Shown: piece by piece, positions 1-10,899 of the stretch
How positions within the stretch are numbered: the stretch's first letter is position 1
Layout: the number at the start of each line of letters is the position of its first letter
Assembly: GCA_023421115.1 (NCBI GenBank)
Contig: JAEZUI010000133.1
Span: forward strand, 16,315 to 80,314
Reading direction: 5' to 3'
DNA: 64,000 nt
Source: Bacillota bacterium
GTDB lineage: Bacteria; Bacillota; Clostridia; Acetivibrionales; Acetivibrionaceae
Notes under the pieces: generated by a model
Databases searched by the model: none
What the model was told of the DNA's origin: nothing
Seen by the model: only the letters and a program-made list of their open reading frames with translations
Made by a program: the position numbers and the translations under genes

Positions 1-1
1 T

Positions 2-1915
2 GATATGGCTAGAGAGGCAAAGTTTGATCCGGTTATTGGAAGAGATAAAGAAATTGAAAGAGTAATTCAAATATTGAGCAGAAGAACAAAAAATAACCCT
101 TGCGTAATAGGTGAGCCGGGTGTGGGAAAGACAGCGATTGCTGAAGGATTGGCTCAAAAGATTGTTGAGGGTAATATACCGGAAATGCTAAAAGAAAAAA
201 GAGTAGTAACTTTGGATTTGTCATCTATGGTAGCAGGTGCAAAGTATAGGGGTGAATTTGAGGAAAGACTTAAAAAGGCCCTTGAAGAGATTAAGAAAGC
301 AGGAAATGTAATACTGTTTATAGATGAGATGCACACAATTATAGGAGCCGGTGCAGCGGAAGGTGCTATTGATGCTTCGAATATATTAAAGCCATCCCTC
401 GCAAGAGGTGAAATACAGGTTATAGGTGCGACCACTCTTGATGAATATAGAAAGCACGTTGAAAAGGACGCTGCATTAGAAAGAAGGTTCCAGCCAATTA
501 CGATAGGAGAACCTACAATAGAAGAAGCTATTGAGATATTAAAGGGTGTAAGGGACAAATATGAAGCTCACCATAGAGTGAAAATTACCGATGAAGCTGT
601 TGTTGCAGCAGTAAAGCTTTCAGACAGGTATATAACAGAGCGCTATTTACCGGATAAAGCAATAGATTTGGTTGATGAAGCAGCGTCAAGAGTGAGACTT
701 AAATCGTTTACAGCTCCACCGGATTTAAAACAACTTGAAGAGCAAGTTGAGAAGCTGAGAAAAGAGAAAGAAGATTCGATAATATGCCAGGAGTTTGAAA
801 AAGCAGCGCGTATAAGGGATGAAGAACAGAGATTGAAAAACGAGTTGGATAAGGCGAAAAATGACTGGCAGCAAAAAAACCAGACCACTACAGATACTGT
901 TACAGAAGAGGAAGTTGCAGGAATTGTAGCCGATTGGACAGGAATACCTGTTAAACGTCTTGCAGAAGAAGAGTCGGAAAGACTCATGAAAATGGAAGAA
1001 ACTCTCCATAACAGGGTAATAGGTCAAGAAGAGGCGGTTAAGGCAATATCAAAAGCTATTAGAAGAGGAAGAGTTGGTCTTAAAGATCCGAAAAGGCCTG
1101 TAGGCTCATTTATATTCTTGGGGCCGACAGGAGTTGGAAAGACCGAACTTAGTAAGGCTCTTGCTGAAGCTTTGTTTGGAGACGAAAACTCTATTACAAG
1201 AATTGATATGTCCGAGTATATGGAGAAACACAGCGTATCTCGTCTGGTAGGTTCACCACCAGGATATGTAGGATATGAAGAAGGAGGACAGCTTACTGAG
1301 AAAGTGAGAAGAAAGCCTTATTCAGTAGTGTTGTTTGATGAGATCGAAAAGGCCCATCCGGATGTGTTCAATATACTGCTTCAGATTCTCGAAGATGGAA
1401 GACTTACCGATTCCCAAGGAAGAGTAGTTGACTTTAGAAATACGGTAATCATTATGACATCAAACGTTGGAGCAAGGCTTATAACCGAACCAAAAAGGCT
1501 CGGCTTCAGTTCGGCTAATGCTGAAAAAGCAAAGACCTATAATGATATGAAGAATAATGTTATGGGAGAGCTTAAGAATACCTTCAGGCCTGAGTTCCTA
1601 AACAGAGTAGACGAGATAATTGTATTCCACCCATTAGAGGAAGAACACTTAAAGAGCATTGTAGGACTTATGATTGAGAGTCTGGCAAAAAGACTTAGAG
1701 ATAATGCAATAGCTTTAGAGGTTAGCGAAGATGCGAAACTGCTTTTAGCTAAGAAAGGATTTGACCAGATGTATGGTGCAAGGCCTTTAAGGAGAGCTAT
1801 TCAAAGTATGGTGGAAGACAAGTTGGCGGAAGAGATGCTTGAAGGAAGAGTCCGAGCAGGTGACAAGGTAGTTATAGAAAGTAAGGATGATGATTTGGTT
1901 TTGAGTAAAGCATAG
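2..1915 (+). CDS. clpC: ATP-dependent Clp protease ATP-binding subunit ClpC (5' end outside window)
   Basis: Two AAA+ modules ([16 protein letters not shown]), UVR-type coiled coil [16 protein letters not shown]; frame is open to the window start. Confidence 0.96.
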   Translation, partial: DMAREAKFDPVIGRDKEIERVIQILSRRTKNNPCVIGEPGVGKTAIAEGLAQKIVEGNIPEMLKEKRVVTLDLSSMVAGAKYRGEFEERLKKALEEIKKAGNVILFIDEMHTIIGAGAAEGAIDASNILKPSLARGEIQVIGATTLDEYRKHVEKDAALERRFQPITIGEPTIEEAIEILKGVRDKYEAHHRVKITDEAVVAAVKLSDRYITERYLPDKAIDLVDEAASRVRLKSFTAPPDLKQLEEQVEKLRKEKEDSIICQEFEKAARIRDEEQRLKNELDKAKNDWQQKNQTTTDTVTEEEVAGIVADWTGIPVKRLAEEESERLMKMEETLHNRVIGQEEAVKAISKAIRRGRVGLKDPKRPVGSFIFLGPTGVGKTELSKALAEALFGDENSITRIDMSEYMEKHSVSRLVGSPPGYVGYEEGGQLTEKVRRKPYSVVLFDEIEKAHPDVFNILLQILEDGRLTDSQGRVVDFRNTVIIMTSNVGARLITEPKRLGFSSANAEKAKTYNDMKNNVMGELKNTFRPEFLNRVDEIIVFHPLEEEHLKSIVGLMIESLAKRLRDNAIALEVSEDAKLLLAKKGFDQMYGARPLRRAIQSMVEDKLAEEMLEGRVRAGDKVVIESKDDDLVLSKA

Positions 1916-1922
1916 ACAAATT

Positions 1923-1947
1923 ACCAGAGCTAACAGCTCTGGTTTTT
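1923..1947 (+). terminator. Rho-independent terminator after clpC
   Basis: accagagct-aac-agctctggt followed by a T tract. Confidence 0.85.
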
Positions 1948-1988
1948 GTGATCTAAATATTGAATAGGTTATTTTTGAAATGGCCTTA
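1941..1988. repeat. Right-end copy of dispersed MITE-like repeat
   Basis: aatattgaataggttatttttgaaatggcctta closely matches 59296-59328 aatattgtataggttattttttgaaatggccta. Confidence 0.6.
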
Positions 1989-2056
1989 TGACAAGATTGA
2001 CTGGGCAAAAAATAATATATTAACAAATGAAATTGTATAAAATAAGGAGAATATAG

Positions 2057-3220
2057 ATGACAGGAGCATATTATAGCAAAGAATACAGAAATGTTTTTTT
2101 GGAGTTTGGATATCCGGAAAAGGAAATTAAGAATAAAGTAGAACAGGCATTTAATACTATGTTTTATGGCTCTCAGGAGGAAAGAATCTACCACCAAGTT
2201 GGCGATGATATGGGATATATGGTGGATACGGGAAATAACGATGTCCGTTCCGAGGGAATGTCCTACGGTATGATGATGTGCGTCCAAATGGATAAAAAGG
2301 AAGAGTTTGATCGTTTATGGAAATGGTCAAGGACTTATATGTATCATGAAGAACATTCTGATCAGAAGGGCTATTTTGCATGGTCCTGCCAGCTGAACGG
2401 AGAAAAGAACTATCAAGGTGCTGCACCTGACGGCGAAGAGTATTTTGCAATGGCACTTTTCTTTGCAGCTAAAAGGTGGGGAAATGGCGAAGGTATTTTT
2501 AATTATCAAGAACAGGCGCAGCAGATTCTGCATGATTGCATACATAAGGGAGAAAAAGGGAATCCGGGTTGCCCTATGTGGGAACCTCAAACTAAGTTAA
2601 TCAAATTTACGGCAGAGAGCACATTTACCGACCCATCTTATCATCTTCCGCATTTTTACGAGCTTTATGCTTTATGGAGTAGGGAGGAAGATAGGGAGTT
2701 TTGGAAGGAAGCAGCAAAAGCAAGTAGGGCGTATCTGAAAAAGGCTTGCAATTCTGTGACAGGACTGAATCCTGAGTATTCTGAGATGAATGGGAATCCT
2801 CTTATGAAATCATGGCCTGGCGATTACAGGCGTGATACCTATTATTCGGATGCATATCGCACTATAGCAAACATCGCTATGGACTATATTTGGTTCGCAC
2901 AGGATATGAACCGTGAAGAGGATTGGCGCAGTGAGATCGCAGATAAGCTGCAGTATTTTTTCTGCAATACAGTTCGACATTGTCAGGACGGAATCTACGA
3001 GATGGATGGGAGAATCATTCCGGGCAAGGCACTTCACCCTGTGGCAATCATTGCGACAAATGCACAGGCCTCCCTTGCCGCAAAGGGAGCATACAGTGAG
3101 GAGTGCGTAAGAAAATTCTGGGAAACACCACTTCGCACAGGTGATAGAAGATACTACGACAACTGCCTATACTTCTTTGCACTTCTTGCACTTAGTGGGA
3201 ACTACAGGATTTATATGTGA
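2057..3220 (+). CDS. GH8 glycoside hydrolase, probable reducing-end xylose-releasing exo-oligoxylanase (Rex-type), cytoplasmic
   Basis: DVRSEGMSYGM, APDGEEY, TDPSYHLPHFY, YSDAYR and RYYDNCLY motifs; no signal peptide; RBS AAGGAG. Confidence 0.9.
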   Translation: MTGAYYSKEYRNVFLEFGYPEKEIKNKVEQAFNTMFYGSQEERIYHQVGDDMGYMVDTGNNDVRSEGMSYGMMMCVQMDKKEEFDRLWKWSRTYMYHEEHSDQKGYFAWSCQLNGEKNYQGAAPDGEEYFAMALFFAAKRWGNGEGIFNYQEQAQQILHDCIHKGEKGNPGCPMWEPQTKLIKFTAESTFTDPSYHLPHFYELYALWSREEDREFWKEAAKASRAYLKKACNSVTGLNPEYSEMNGNPLMKSWPGDYRRDTYYSDAYRTIANIAMDYIWFAQDMNREEDWRSEIADKLQYFFCNTVRHCQDGIYEMDGRIIPGKALHPVAIIATNAQASLAAKGAYSEECVRKFWETPLRTGDRRYYDNCLYFFALLALSGNYRIYM

Positions 3221-3276
3221 TAGTGTAGATACCGATTAAGAAAGTTAGATGATTTTTAAATTGCAATATATCAAAC

Positions 3277-3301
3277 AAAAAAGAGCCAAAGGCTCTTTTT
3301 T
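3277..3301. terminator. Bidirectional terminator between convergent GH8 and regulator genes
   Basis: aaaaaagagcc-aaa-ggctctttttt. Confidence 0.85.
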
Positions 3302-3334
3302 AATCAATAAGTTACAAAACAAACTTATTTGTTG

Positions 3335-4426
3335 TCATTTACTTTCAAATTTCTTAACCGAGCCACGAACTATCAGCTGTGGATCAAACAATATATTCTG
3401 TGCGTTTGACCCTCCAATCATGGATAATAAAAGTTTTGCTGCTGCTTCACCTAACTTTTCCGCAGGATGTGCAACGCTAGTAAGAGAACAAAATTTTGCC
3501 AGTTCAGAGTTGTCAATTCCGACTACTGAAAAATCCTCGGGTACATTTCTTCCGTTTTTACGGAGAAAATCAATAAGCATAAGCGCTATCAAGTCATTAT
3601 AGCACAGTGACGCTGTACATGTTGCAAAAGACTCAGAAAATTGGTTGGATAGCAGTGCTTCCAGCATACTATGAATTGGATACCAACAGATATTGTCTTC
3701 CCTAATGGGCACTTCATAATCCGCAAGGGCCTTCACATAACCTAGGTATCGCAAGTGGGCCTGACGATTATTGTAGGGGAATATTCCCAAAATATCTTTA
3801 TGCCCCTGACTGAGTAAATACTCTGTGGCTACATAACCTGCCTTTTCGTCGTCTAAAGCAACATACGGCACATTCAGTTCCGGGTAGAACGAATCAATAA
3901 AAATAAGAGGCATACGTTTTTGAATAATTGTACGATACAATTCCACATTTACACAAGGCAGCGCACTTCTGGTGGGTTCAACAATAAGTCCATCCAATCG
4001 TCTCTCCAGCATGTTATTTAGGGCTCTGGTTTCACCCGCAACCATATTATTTGTGGATGCCATTTGCAAACCTAAGCCGTCCTCAGAAAGCACACCTTCA
4101 ACGCCTCGGACTATGCTAGGAAAGATATAGTTATCTTGATAAGTTGAGACTAAACCTACAGTCCTTGAAGATATTGCTCCATTTCCAGATTTCTCCTTAA
4201 CTCCAGGGGTTCCGAAAGAAATGTAAGTACCACTCCCCTGAATACGTGTAATATAACCTTCATTCTCCAACATTTCTAAGGCACGGCGTACTGTCTGGCG
4301 TGAGCATCCAAACCTATTGCTGAGGGCAGCCTCCGAGAGGAACTTTTCTTTAGGTTGAATCACACCGGTAGTAATTTGTTCAATTGTCCAATTTACGATA
4401 TTCATATACTTAGGACCACGAGGCAT
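3335..4426 (-). CDS. AraR-type transcriptional regulator (GntR wHTH + LacI-type sugar-binding domain)
   Basis: N-terminal SEAALSNRFGCSRQTVRRAL...QGSGT; C-terminal YIFPSIVRG, DGLIVEPT, VPEDFSVVGIDN. Confidence 0.9.
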   Translation of the reverse strand: MPRGPKYMNIVNWTIEQITTGVIQPKEKFLSEAALSNRFGCSRQTVRRALEMLENEGYITRIQGSGTYISFGTPGVKEKSGNGAISSRTVGLVSTYQDNYIFPSIVRGVEGVLSEDGLGLQMASTNNMVAGETRALNNMLERRLDGLIVEPTRSALPCVNVELYRTIIQKRMPLIFIDSFYPELNVPYVALDDEKAGYVATEYLLSQGHKDILGIFPYNNRQAHLRYLGYVKALADYEVPIREDNICWYPIHSMLEALLSNQFSESFATCTASLCYNDLIALMLIDFLRKNGRNVPEDFSVVGIDNSELAKFCSLTSVAHPAEKLGEAAAKLLLSMIGGSNAQNILFDPQLIVRGSVKKFESK

Positions 4427-4499
4427 CTTTTTAGTTCCTCTCTTTACAAGTGTTTAATTTCCAATATACTTAACCAACCGTTTTTATACTAAATTTTGA

Positions 4500-4602
4500 T
4501 AAGGTGATTCCAAAAAAATAACTGGTCAATGGGTGTTTCAAAAAAGCTGATTTTAATGGATTGAAACTATATATTTACTAATGGATTTTTTGAAACACCT
4601 AA
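4500..4602. repeat. MITE-like repeat with terminal inverted repeats
   Basis: taaggtgattccaaaaaaataact is also found at 59167; perfect 14-bp IR ggtgtttcaaaaaa (4532-4545) / ttttttgaaacacc (4586-4599). Confidence 0.65.
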
Positions 4603-4650
4603 GCAACTTACCTTCATTATAATTACTTCCTTATTAAAAAACAAGAACAA

Positions 4651-4670
4651 AAAGTTGTAAATACAACTTT
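4651..4670. promoter_or_regulatory. Probable AraR-type operator
   Basis: Palindrome aaagTTGTAaaTACAActtt resembles the AraR TTGTA-NN-TACAA site; lies between the divergent regulator and the ABC operon. Confidence 0.65.
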
Positions 4671-4760
4671 GAAAACAACAGTTACCACGATACGTCAATT
4701 TTGTTGAATATGCATAATTTTTCACGAATATTAATATATATTATTAGTAACATTATAACA

Positions 4761-4796
4761 AATTGTATTGACAAGTTTTTGTCGATATGATAACCT
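4761..4796 (+). promoter_or_regulatory. sigmaA promoter of ABC operon with overlapping operator-like TTGTAttGACAA
   Basis: TTGACA 4768-4773, 17 bp, TG-n-TAACCT 4791-4796. Confidence 0.5.
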
Positions 4797-4915
4797 TTTT
4801 AAAAACATTATGTAAAATCTATACAAAAACAAATACAAGTTTAAGTTTTAACAATACAAGTTAGTTTGTTTTGCATAATTAAAAGATTTCATCGAAAAAA
4901 AAGGGGGGAACAACA

Positions 4916-5869
4916 GTGAAAACTGTTTTGTCAAATCCACTGTCTATAGAGAGAAAGAATAAGACTCTAAATTATTTAAAACGATACTGGACGCTCTACC
5001 TTTTATTAGTTATTCCAATAATTTATTTTCTAATCTTCCGCTATATACCTATGACATATATTCAGATAGCCTTTAAGAAGTATAGCCTTGTCAAAGATGT
5101 TTGGCATATGCCCTTGGCAAACAACAATGGTTTTGAATATTTTATAAAAGCATTCTCAAATCGCGATTTTCTCTTTGCACTTCGAAATACTTTTATGCTC
5201 AACTTGCTTGACTTGGTAGTTGGATTTCCTGCCCCAATTATATTGGCAATACTGCTCAATGAATTGAAATTCAAAAAGTTCAAACGCATTACCCAGACCA
5301 TAGCTTACATGCCTCACTTTCTTTCCTGGGTTATTATTGCGGGTTTGATGTTGCAGCTTTTAGCCCCTAGTACTGGTCTTGTTAACATTATGCTGAATCA
5401 TTTAGGCTTTGATTCTATTCCGTTCATCAGTCAGCCTACTCACTGGGTAGCCACCTATATATTACTTGGAGTTTGGCAGAGTGTCGGATGGAACGCCATC
5501 ATATATTTGGCAGCAATTGCAGGTATCAATCCAGAGCTTTATGAAGCTGCCGCAATGGACGGAGCTGGCCGACTTAAAAAGATATGGCATGTAACCTTAC
5601 CATGTCTACGTCCCACCATCATAGTTCTACTTATCTTAAGTTTAGGTCGTATTCTTGGCAGTGATTTTGATAGGCCGTATGCTTTAGGAAACCCTTTAGT
5701 TAAAAGTGTGTCAAACGTTATTGCTACTTTCGTTTATACAAATGGTATACGTGGACTTCAGTTCTCGTTAACCGTAGCAGTGGGGTTATTTCAGTCTGTA
5801 GTATGCGTTATCTTCCTATACCTTGCAAACACTCTTTCAAAAAAATTCGGCGAACGCGGCATATGGTAA
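4916..5869 (+). CDS. Carbohydrate ABC transporter permease (LplB-like)
   Basis: YMPHFLSWVII, EAA motif ELYEAAAMDGAG, multiple TM helices; GTG start with RBS. Confidence 0.92.
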   Translation: MKTVLSNPLSIERKNKTLNYLKRYWTLYLLLVIPIIYFLIFRYIPMTYIQIAFKKYSLVKDVWHMPLANNNGFEYFIKAFSNRDFLFALRNTFMLNLLDLVVGFPAPIILAILLNELKFKKFKRITQTIAYMPHFLSWVIIAGLMLQLLAPSTGLVNIMLNHLGFDSIPFISQPTHWVATYILLGVWQSVGWNAIIYLAAIAGINPELYEAAAMDGAGRLKKIWHVTLPCLRPTIIVLLILSLGRILGSDFDRPYALGNPLVKSVSNVIATFVYTNGIRGLQFSLTVAVGLFQSVVCVIFLYLANTLSKKFGERGIW

Positions 5870-5906
5870 GAGGTTTATACAATGATTAAAAGGGAGGATA
5901 TAAAGC

Positions 5907-6767
5907 ATGATTAAATCAAAAAATGAGAAATATGGAGATTATATTGTAGCATTTATTTGTTTTTTATTTATCATAATTTGTTTATTGCCCTTACTTAACG
6001 TTGTGGCACGTTCTCTTAGTTCACCTACAGCATTAATTCGCAATGAGGTTGGTCTTTGGCCTAAAGGTTTAAATTTAGAGGCCTATAAAACTGTACTTAG
6101 AGACGCTAAGTATACTTGGTCACTTGGTTGGACTGCATTATTAACTCTCATATGCACAATCGTATCTATGATAATGACTACAATTTGTGCTTACCCGCTT
6201 ACCTATGACCATCTTAAGGGGCGTCGCATAATCAATGTATTTATTATTTTTACCATGTACTTCAGTGCAGGTACAATTCCAAACTATTTACTTTATAAAG
6301 ATTTGAAGCTGCTTAACCATCCGTTGGTATTAATAATACCAAGTTGTCTGAGCGTATTTAATATGATTATTATGCGCAGCTTTCTTCAAAACATCCCTGA
6401 AAGCATACGTGAATCTGCTGAGATAGACGGTGCAGGACCCATTCGTATACTTGTAAGTATCTATCTGCCCATGTCTACTTCAGTAATTGCTACACTCTCG
6501 CTCTTCTATGCTGTAGGGCGTTGGAACGGTTTTTCAGATGCATTGATGTATATGAATAACACGAAATACTATCCTATCCAGTTGCTATTGTACAACATTA
6601 TCAATAGTGTGCAGAACATTGACACTTCTGTGGAAGTTATCCCCGGAGTCTCTGAAACTCTTAAATCGGCAACCGTCATATTTGCCACAGTACCAATTTT
6701 ATTGATTTACCCTTGGCTACAAAGATATTTCATCTCAGGTGTGACCTTAGGTGCAGAAAAGGGTTAA
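5907..6767 (+). CDS. Carbohydrate ABC transporter permease (LplC-like)
   Basis: ESAEIDGAG EAA motif, LFYAVGRWN, YPWLQRYF. Confidence 0.92.
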   Translation: MIKSKNEKYGDYIVAFICFLFIIICLLPLLNVVARSLSSPTALIRNEVGLWPKGLNLEAYKTVLRDAKYTWSLGWTALLTLICTIVSMIMTTICAYPLTYDHLKGRRIINVFIIFTMYFSAGTIPNYLLYKDLKLLNHPLVLIIPSCLSVFNMIIMRSFLQNIPESIRESAEIDGAGPIRILVSIYLPMSTSVIATLSLFYAVGRWNGFSDALMYMNNTKYYPIQLLLYNIINSVQNIDTSVEVIPGVSETLKSATVIFATVPILLIYPWLQRYFISGVTLGAEKG

Positions 6768-6838
6768 ACCACTCTAAAGGCGCAATGCGTCTAGTGAAAA
6801 TATCATGAAATTATAACCAAAAATGGGGGAGGATTAAA

Positions 6839-8485
6839 ATGAAAAAAGCAATTTCAGTTCTATCAATTTGTCTCGCGATGGCTACGCTTTTGCCATCCTG
6901 TTCTAAAGGGCCTAAGGTTGATAATCCATCATTACCTTCAAATGCCCCTACTCAAAATGCCGAAATTATTAACGGTAAGTTTACAAAAACCAGATCCATT
7001 ACCGTTGAAATTTACGAGCGTGGGAACGACGGAGGTTCAAAACCTGATGACAATTTCTACACAAACTATATTAAAGAGGGTATGCTTCGTGATCATAATG
7101 TAGAGGTCAATTATGTCCGCGTACCTAGATGGACTGAGGCCGAGGCAATGAACAACCTACTTGCTGCTGGCGATGCACCTGATGTTTGTGTAACTTATGA
7201 CTACCCTACCATTCAAACCTATGCCAATATGGGTGGAATAGTTGATTTAGCTCCTTACCTGAAAGAAAACAAGGATTTGCTTCCAAATCTTTGGAATCTA
7301 TTAGGAGATGAAAACATCTACTGGGATGAAGATCCTGAAAAAGGTACTCTATGGGCTGTTGAAGCAAAACTTTTCCATAACAAACGTATTAACACTTTTG
7401 TACGTGAGGATTGGCTAAAGAAACTAAACTTGGAAGAACCTAAATCCATTGAAGAGTTCGAAGCTATGCTCAAGGCCTTTAAAGCTAATGCCTCTACACT
7501 TCTTGGCGCTGATGCAAATAAGATGATTCCATTCTCTATAAGCTTCGACGTGGGCTGGCGTGCTGATCATATGTTAACTTCCTTTGTACCTGACAATTTC
7601 TCTGATAAAGACGCATATGTCTATGGTTTTGACGACAGACATTTACTATACCCAGGCGTAAAGGGCGGCGTCAAAAAACTTAACGAGTGGTATAGTCAAG
7701 GATTGATTTGGAAAGATTTTGCGCTCTATGGAGCAGGTGACAAAACTGAAGACAATATGATAAAAGCAGGCTACGTAGGTTGCTTCATGCACAACTGGGA
7801 TTATCCGTATCGTGACGGTGAAAACGGTATTACTGCAAACCTAAAGAAATTGGTTGGAGAAGATGCTGCATTTATCGCAATTGAGCCTTTCAAGAACGAT
7901 AAGGGCGTTTATAAGAAGTATCTCAGTCCTCCAATAGACCGTAAAGTCTTCTTCCCTGTATCTAATGATGAGCCACTTGCTTCATTGCTTTACCTTGACT
8001 GGATTTCCAATCTTGAAAACCGAAAGTTCTTGCAGATTGGAGAAGAGGGTGTTACACACGAGAAACTTCCAGATGGTTCAGTTAAAACTATAGCTGCCAC
8101 AGGCGAGAAGATCATGAACTCACCAAACAATATCGACTATACTATCACTATCAATGGTTTAGACCTTGGTGATGCTGATTTGAACGTTAAATCTATTGCT
8201 AACGGATATGCAGGTGTTGAACCAAGATTAATTGCAAAAGCTTATGAAATAACCAGCAAGGACGCTCGTATTGGTAAACATGTTAATGTAGGACAAATTG
8301 AAGCTGAAGAGGGTCAAGGTACTGCACTAAAAGAAAAGCGCGATAAACTCCTCGCTCAGGCTGTTGTTGCTCCACCGGCTCAATTCGAGTCAATATTTGA
8401 CAGTGGTATGCAGGATTATCTAAATTCCGGTGGGCAAGCAATTATTGACGAACGTAAAGATAAATATGAAAATTTCTACAAATAA
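6839..8485 (+). CDS. Extracellular solute-binding lipoprotein of sugar ABC transporter
   Basis: Lipoprotein-like signal (LLPSC), AGDAPD, VREDWLKKL; follows two permeases. Confidence 0.88.
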   Translation: MKKAISVLSICLAMATLLPSCSKGPKVDNPSLPSNAPTQNAEIINGKFTKTRSITVEIYERGNDGGSKPDDNFYTNYIKEGMLRDHNVEVNYVRVPRWTEAEAMNNLLAAGDAPDVCVTYDYPTIQTYANMGGIVDLAPYLKENKDLLPNLWNLLGDENIYWDEDPEKGTLWAVEAKLFHNKRINTFVREDWLKKLNLEEPKSIEEFEAMLKAFKANASTLLGADANKMIPFSISFDVGWRADHMLTSFVPDNFSDKDAYVYGFDDRHLLYPGVKGGVKKLNEWYSQGLIWKDFALYGAGDKTEDNMIKAGYVGCFMHNWDYPYRDGENGITANLKKLVGEDAAFIAIEPFKNDKGVYKKYLSPPIDRKVFFPVSNDEPLASLLYLDWISNLENRKFLQIGEEGVTHEKLPDGSVKTIAATGEKIMNSPNNIDYTITINGLDLGDADLNVKSIANGYAGVEPRLIAKAYEITSKDARIGKHVNVGQIEAEEGQGTALKEKRDKLLAQAVVAPPAQFESIFDSGMQDYLNSGGQAIIDERKDKYENFYK

Positions 8486-8490
8486 CTTAA

Positions 8491-8546
8491 TATTATATAG
8501 AAATGGGGAACTTGCAGTTGTGCAGGTTCCCCATTTCTATATAATA
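8491..8546. terminator. Long 26-bp stem-loop after SBP gene (terminator or mRNA stabiliser)
   Basis: tattatatagaaatggggaacttgca-gttg-tgcaggttccccatttctatataata, one G-U pair. Confidence 0.75.
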
Positions 8547-8718
8547 ACATTATGAACATTGAAACCAAATAATCATTCCGCAGCATAGCCTCATTCTTAT
8601 TTTGTTTATTTGTTGTCATTTACTTTATCTATAAAAAAAATTATAATATTGATAGGACTAATATATAAAACTTGCTAATATAGTTATCAGATGACTACAT
8701 TAAAAAATAGAGGAAAAG

Positions 8719-9663
8719 GTGCATCTAATGGGCAAAGAAAATAATGTCATTGAAAGAATGGTCTCTAACATTGAGAAAGTTATTGTAGGAAAAAGGGAAA
8801 CTGTTGAATTACTGTGTCTTGCACTCATTTGTGACGGTCATGTATTAATTGAGGATGTACCGGGAACAGGTAAAACCACCTTGGCATTAGCTTTAGCCAA
8901 AACTATCGGTGGTGAGTTTAAAAGAATCTCCTGTACACCCGATGTTATGCCTTCGGATATTACAGGCTTTTCTATGTTCAATCCAAAGACCAATGAATTT
9001 GAATATAGAGAAGGTGCTATTATGGCAAATATTTTCTTAGCCGATGAAATTAATAGGACTCCTCCTAAAACCCAGTCGGGCCTACTAGAAGCTATGGAAG
9101 AAAAGAAGGTAACTGTTGACAGCAAGTTGTATCCTTTACCCAAACCTTTCATGGTTATAGCCACTCAAAATCCGATAGAACATTTAGGTACTTATCCTCT
9201 ACCCGAAGCCCAGTTAGACCGGTTTATTATGAAAATTTCCGTAGGCTATCCAAATGAGGAAGAGGAGCTTGGAATACTAAGTATTTATGGACAGGACACT
9301 CCTCTCGAACATATAGAGACTGTGGTTACATTAGAAGAAATTCTTAAAGTTCAAGAGGAAATATTAAAAGTCCAAACAAATCAAAAGGTTTCTCAATATA
9401 TTATTAAAATTGCTCAGGAGTCAAGAAAGAACAACCAAATTGAACTAGGAATCAGCCCCCGTGGAACTTTAGCTATTGCAAGAGCGGCCAAAGCATGGGC
9501 TTATTATCAGGATAGAGACTTTGTGACCCCGGATGATGTTAAAAAAGTACTATTACCTGTAACAGGACATAGAATTACTCCAAGGCCGGAAGCAAAGTAC
9601 GAAAACCTCTCAGTAGAAGATATTTTAAATGAGCTTTTAAAAAGGATAACAGTACCCGAATAA
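8719..9663 (+). CDS. MoxR family AAA+ ATPase
   Basis: HVLIEDVPGTGKT, LADEINR, ATQNPIE, YPLPEAQLDRF, GISPRG. Confidence 0.95.
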   Translation: MHLMGKENNVIERMVSNIEKVIVGKRETVELLCLALICDGHVLIEDVPGTGKTTLALALAKTIGGEFKRISCTPDVMPSDITGFSMFNPKTNEFEYREGAIMANIFLADEINRTPPKTQSGLLEAMEEKKVTVDSKLYPLPKPFMVIATQNPIEHLGTYPLPEAQLDRFIMKISVGYPNEEEELGILSIYGQDTPLEHIETVVTLEEILKVQEEILKVQTNQKVSQYIIKIAQESRKNNQIELGISPRGTLAIARAAKAWAYYQDRDFVTPDDVKKVLLPVTGHRITPRPEAKYENLSVEDILNELLKRITVPE

Positions 9664-9681
9664 AACGCTAGAGTAAGGGAT

Positions 9682-10899
9682 GTGTTTAAATTGCTTAAAA
9701 ACAGGATCATATATTTATGTTTCTTAGGTTTTACAATTATTCTAGGAATTTATAAGGACGGTTATTTATCTACAATGCTTTTCTTTAGCGCACTGTTATT
9801 ACCCCTTGTATCTCTTTCATTGACATTTTTCACGTTAACCTCGTTTAGATTATTGGAAAATGTAGATCAACGTATTGTGGTAAAGGGAGATGTCATAACT
9901 TATACTTATACAATAAGCAATCATACAAAACTATTATTTTGCCCTATGACTATTACATTTACAGACAGCAAGGTGCTATTTAAAGATACGATACTAGGTG
10001 AAGAAGATGAGTTCATATTATATCCCGATGAAGTGAAAAAAGCAGTTAAAAGAGTTGACTGCCGATATAGAGGAAGCTATTACATAGGTATCCAAGCAAT
10101 AAGTATTCGTGACTTTTTTAATTTATTCAAACTAGACTTTAAATCTATAGAAAATCCCAAAATTTTAGTTTATCCGAAAATTCGAGAACTAGAAGAAGAT
10201 AATAAAAACACTCCTTTGATTGAAACAACAGAAAGTATTGTCAGTAAAACGAATAAAGATCCCAGTATCTTTTCCAATGTAAGGGATTACCAAGCCGGAG
10301 ATTCGTTAAAGACAATACACTGGAAATTAAGTGCAAAACAAGCAAAGCTTTTAACTAAGGAATATGAAGGCAGTGTTAATTGTCACACCAAAATAATTAT
10401 TAATTCCGACAGTTTACCCTTTAACTTTGAACAAAATGTAGTAATACAAGATTATATTATTGAGAGCGTTGTTGCTACTATAAAATATTTACTGCAAAAT
10501 AATACTCCCACATCCCTTGCCTATTACAAACATGATGACCAATCTATCTCTGGTAGCAACAATAATGATTTTGGACAGTTCTACAATGCCTTAGCCAATA
10601 TGATGTTTTCAGGCAAAGAATTTATCAGCCTACTAAAAAAAGAACTCAATAGTTCTAAACAATATGCAAATACAATGATTTTTACCCCTTATGTAACTAA
10701 AGAATTAAGTGAGTATATTATTCTAAACCGTCCTAGATTAGCTGATATAAGTGTATACATAATTAGTGAAACAAAATGTGAAGTAGGAAACAGTTTAACT
10801 GTTCAAGACAAGCAACCATTATTACAGTTATTTTCAAACAACATAAAAATATATAAAATCAGTTACGAAAACGAACTTTGTAGATTGGAAGTGGCCTAA
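9682..10899 (+). CDS. DUF58 domain-containing membrane protein
   Basis: Two N-terminal TMs, RG.Y, ILVYP, VRDYQAGDSLKTIHWKLSAK; follows MoxR. Confidence 0.9.
   Translation: MFKLLKNRIIYLCFLGFTIILGIYKDGYLSTMLFFSALLLPLVSLSLTFFTLTSFRLLENVDQRIVVKGDVITYTYTISNHTKLLFCPMTITFTDSKVLFKDTILGEEDEFILYPDEVKKAVKRVDCRYRGSYYIGIQAISIRDFFNLFKLDFKSIENPKILVYPKIRELEEDNKNTPLIETTESIVSKTNKDPSIFSNVRDYQAGDSLKTIHWKLSAKQAKLLTKEYEGSVNCHTKIIINSDSLPFNFEQNVVIQDYIIESVVATIKYLLQNNTPTSLAYYKHDDQSISGSNNNDFGQFYNALANMMFSGKEFISLLKKELNSSKQYANTMIFTPYVTKELSEYIILNRPRLADISVYIISETKCEVGNSLTVQDKQPLLQLFSNNIKIYKISYENELCRLEVA

Noticed and set aside
1787..2287. 166-aa minus-strand ORF and the many other short antisense ORFs in the track
   Set aside because: They overlap well-supported genes on the opposite strand and lack RBS or recognisable motifs
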